A DNA stretch of 32,752 bases from Rhizaria sp. SCN 62-66. Its lineage: Eukaryota. The stretch covers positions 1-32,752 of the forward strand of contig MEDY01000335.1 in NCBI GenBank assembly GCA_001724265.1. The letters run 5' to 3'. Shown in pieces: positions 29,171-32,752 of this stretch (positions within the stretch are counted from its first letter, which is position 1; each line of letters starts with the position of its first letter). A program made the translations under genes and the position numbers. The notes below the pieces were generated by a model. That model saw only the letters and a program-made list of their open reading frames with translations. It did not search any database and was not told where the DNA came from.

Positions 29171-32118
29171 TCACTCGTCGTCGTCCATGGCCATGCCGTC
29201 CATCTCCTCCTCCTCCTCCTCGTCGTCATCGTCGCCCTCAAAGCCGCCGAGGCCGTCGTCATCGTCCTCGTCGTCGACGTCACTACCCGCGGCCGCACTG
29301 GCTCCCGCCTGGAGGTCCGCGGCCTCGCTGTACACCGTCACGCTGCCGTCGGCGCCGTCCAGCGCCTCGGCGCCCGCGGCCGATGAGACCTGCGCCAGCA
29401 CGAGATCCAGCCGGCCCTGCAGCTCCAGCAGCCGCGCGCGGGCCTCGGCGCGCGCCTCGACGACGCGGTACAGCGCGGCGAGCTGCTGGCCCAGCGCGGG
29501 CACCGACATGAGGAACGCCGTGTGCTGGCGCAGACAAGACCGCACCCACGGCAGCAGCTCGGGCGCGCGGTTCACGCGTTGCTGCAGCCGCTCCACCAGC
29601 TTCGCAACCAGCCGCAGCACCAGCGGCGGGGGCAGGCGCGCCACCGTCAGCTTGATCGCGGCCGACTCGCCGCCCGAGGCGCGGCGCGCGCGGGCGCCGC
29701 CGACGGCGCCGGCAGCGAGGCACTGCTCAAGCAGCGCGTCGTCCTGCGCGCGCAGCGCTTGCGCGAGAGCCACGGCGAGAGAGCCGCCCTTAAGCGCAGA
29801 GCCCGCGGCCGCGCCCGCCGCGGTGGCGCCCGCGGCCGAAGCGGCAAAGGCGGCAGCCGCGGCGGCGCGGCCCGCGGCGGCGCGCGAGGCCAGCTCCGAG
29901 TCCATGGCGCGCACGCGCAACGCGAGGGACTGCGTCAGTGAGGCCGTCGCGGCCGCCAAACGCGCGCGCTTGACAGCGACAGTCTCCGCACCAGCACCAG
30001 CACCAGTGCGGGCGGCGGCGTCGTCGGCGTCGGCGTCAGCGTCGAGGGCCGAGGTGGACGACGCAAGGGCCAGAGCGGCGGGGCCGACAACGTTGGCCGT
30101 CGCGGTGGTCACGGCCAGCTCCTGCTCGCCGTCGGGCGTGCGGCGCCGCTTGAGGCTCGTCGCCGTGGCCGTCACGGCCACCGACGCCGTCGCGCCCGCG
30201 GCCGCGGCGGCCGAGGCGGCGGCGGCCAGGTGGCGCGAGCGCACAGACCGCAGCGTGACGGCCGGCAGGAAGGCGCCCGCGCGCACGGCCGCGGCGTCCA
30301 CGCCCGCGGCGCGCGCAGAGGCCACGAGAGAGCTGCCGCCGCTGCTGCTGCCACTGCTGCTGACGGACGCGTCGTCCTCGTCGTCGGTCGCGGCATCGTC
30401 GTCGTCGCTGCGGGCGGCGGCAGCCGAGGCTGAGGCAGCCGTGGCCAGCGCGTTGGCGGCGGCGGCGCCGGTGTAGGCGACGACGTCGAACTGGGGGTGG
30501 ATGGCGCTGTGGCGGGCCAGCACGACGCGGTCGCCGCCCAGCAGCTGCGCCGCGGCGAGCGCGCCTTCGGGCAGCGAGGGAAGCACCGTCGACGTCGCGG
30601 TCTTCTTCCCGGGCTTGCCGCCCGCATGCGCGCTGTGATCCATCGAGAAGGCCGACATGGCCGCGACGCCCTCGCCTGTGACCGAGAGCCCGGTGACCGT
30701 GAGCACGGTGCTGGGCGTAGAAACCGTGGGCGTCGACGCGGGCGCGCCCGCAGTGCTCGCGGCCACAGCACCAGCAGCGGCGGCGGCGGCGGCGGCGGCC
30801 TTCCTGGACTGAGGCTTCGAGCCGGAGCCAGAGCTCGCGCTACCGCTACCGTAGAGGGCGCTGCCGACCGAGTCGGAGAGGTCCCAAAGCGAGGCGGCGC
30901 CGAGGGCGGTGACGGCGGCCAGATGCGCGGTCGGCGCCGCGGCGTTGCCGTCTGTCACGGCCGCCGTGAAGAGCGACAGTGCGATGGGCGCCGCGTCGAG
31001 CGCCACGGCCACGATCGCCGTCGGGCTGGTGACCGTGCTCGTGCTCCCGCTGTCGGCCAGCGAAGCGGCGGCCGCGGCGGCCGCGGCGGCGGCGGACTTC
31101 TTGCTGCCGGCGCCCTTGTCCTTCTTGCCCGCGGCGGCCGCGGCGGCCGCGGCGTCGGCGGCGGCGGCGGCGGCGGCCGAGGCCGAGGCGGCCGAAGGCA
31201 TGCGCCAGACGTTGACGAAGCGGTCGTCGGCGGCGCCCGAAGCAAAGGCGGCGCCGTCCGCGGAGACGGCGAGCGCGGTGACGGGGCTAACGTGGCCGGC
31301 CATGTTTGCGATGGGCGCGAGCGTGGCCAGGTCGAAGACGGTGAGCGTGGCCGACGCCGCGATGAGCAGCTCGCCTGAGGCCGTGGCCGCGACGGCGAGC
31401 TTGGACGCTGCGTGCGGGATAGGCGGGAGCGTGCGCAGCGGGCGGCCCGTGGCAACGTCCCACTCGATGATGACGCCGTCGGCCGAGGCCGAGTAGAGCT
31501 TGGCGCCCGAGGGGGAGAAGACGGCGTCTGTAATGGCCGTGGCGTGGCCCGAGTCGCCCGCGTGACCGTCGCGGCCCAGGCGGTGAAGGATTTCGCCCGT
31601 CTCGAGGCGCCAGATGACAAGGGAGCCCTTTTGGGTGCCGACGACGACAAGGCCCGCCGCCGCGTTAACGCCTGCCGTGCGGGAGGACGCCTTGCTGGCC
31701 TTGGTCTGCGGATCGGTCGGGGAGAGCGAGCGGAGGGGAGTGACGCAGACGGGAAGGAAGAAAAGAAGTGTGAGGGTGATGCGCACTTGGAAAATGAGCA
31801 ACATAGTGATAGGATCGGGTGTGCCGAAGGGCTGCGAGAGCGGCAGAGGCACTTCGCGAAGTCAGAGGAGGGGAGAGGCGACGGAAGAAGGCGGGGAAAA
31901 AGGGGACGTACGTTGGTGCTGGCGCCGGCGTAGAGCGAGGCGCAGGTGTAGATAGAGCCAAGATGTTGTGCCTCAGTCAGCTGCTGGTGAAGGGCACCAG
32001 TCGCCGTGTTCCAGACCTTAATGCGCTGGTCCTTGGAAACTGTGACAAACCAAGGGGAGGCGGTCTTTCCACCATTGAAAACGTTGGTTGCGAAACCGCA
32101 AATGACACGATTATCCAT
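29171..32118 (-). CDS. UTP5: U3 snoRNA-associated protein UTP5/WDR43 (WD40 plus Utp12-type C-terminal domain), ~913 aa
   Basis: Exon 1 32118-31912, intron 31911-31706 (GTACGT..CAG, phase 0), exon 2 31705-29171. WD40 repeats (DQRIKVWN, GHATAITD..SASADG..EWD, GHVSPVTAL). C-terminal SLAVALAQALRAQDDALLEQCL...WVRSCLRQH...LQGRLDLV followed by an acidic tail. Confidence 0.93.
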
Positions 32119-32752
32119 GATTTAAACGTATCAAAGAGTGAAAGCAACAAACTTCTTTGGTTGAGTTAACACAAATGATTCTCTACGCCAAAAACGTCTT
32201 CAAGCGTAACGCAGTGCGGCGGACTTGGTTCGCTCACAGTCGGACTGCCCACAGCATTGCTCACAGTCACCCTGCCTTCGGTCCTGAGCCAGTCCCTCTG
32301 ATTGACCACCAAGCCACAGCAACCTACCGACTTGAAATCACCAAATCAAACCTTCATGATACTTCGTCTTCACTTATCTTACATCATCTATTCGAACTCT
32401 GTTTTTAAGTAAAGACTATGTAGCTCATTCTAAAATTGTGTCGATAAATTTTGCAGGAAGCAACATCATTATGAGTTGAACTGTCAGCTGTACGTTGAAA
32501 TATTTAAGCAAAAGGCGAAATAAAATGTTGATTGATAATAGAAATAAGTGTATGTGTCCAGAAATTGTTGGTTATATCCAATCAAAGCGCAAAAAAATAG
32601 CAAGCGCATGAAAGGAAAGTTTTTGAAGTTATTGTGGACTAACATCGAGAAACAAGTACCCCTGATGTAGAGGTTTATGAAAAAACGTGTTTTCCGCGAT
32701 TTTCGCGCCTTGGTGCGCACTTTTCTATTTCACTACGAGCGAAATAGTCCAT

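Noticed and set aside
1701..32118. No TAG among the 12 complete genes' stop codons (6 TAA, 6 TGA), suggesting possible UAG reassignment
   Set aside because: No in-frame TAG was needed in roughly 6,300 codons of reconstructed CDS, and 12 stops is too small a sample.
1..32752. Prokaryote-type systems (CRISPR arrays, operons, IS elements), rRNA or tRNA genes
   Set aside because: The DNA is intron-containing and eukaryotic. I saw no spaced direct-repeat array, transposase or reverse transcriptase motif, cloverleaf or rRNA signature.

Overview
This is nuclear DNA from a microbial eukaryote that I cannot identify. Exons are GC-rich, introns and intergenic DNA are AT/pyrimidine-rich, and genes are dense. 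Joining exons by hand gives 13 protein genes: a secreted Cys-rich protein (partial at the left edge), an ankyrin-repeat protein, a papain/cathepsin L-like protease, ODR-4-like, a 103-aa orphan membrane protein, a G-protein gamma subunit, a BMT5/DUF2431 rRNA methyltransferase, a Q/N-rich hydrophilin, a 1844-aa FSIP1-like protein, ADIP/SSX2IP-like, Pho88/Snd3, VMA21 and UTP5/WDR43. There is also a probable decayed DEAH-helicase fragment. No rRNA, tRNA, CRISPR array or intact mobile element was seen. Most long ORFs in the supplied track are antisense or alternative-frame shadows of GC-rich exons. The most interesting signals are: (1) a near-invariant GTACGT/GYAYGY 5' splice site, including one GC-AG intron; (2) 3' splice sites with long AG-free tracts just upstream of five start codons and no convincing consensus donor, which suggests spliced-leader trans-splicing or a non-canonical class of 5'UTR introns; (3) a G-gamma that ends at the CaaX cysteine, with a TGA-CGG stop and a structured 3'UTR; (4) head-to-head pairs of functionally related genes; (5) a hairpin-rich long first intron. 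All family assignments come from motif recognition from memory, not from database searches.
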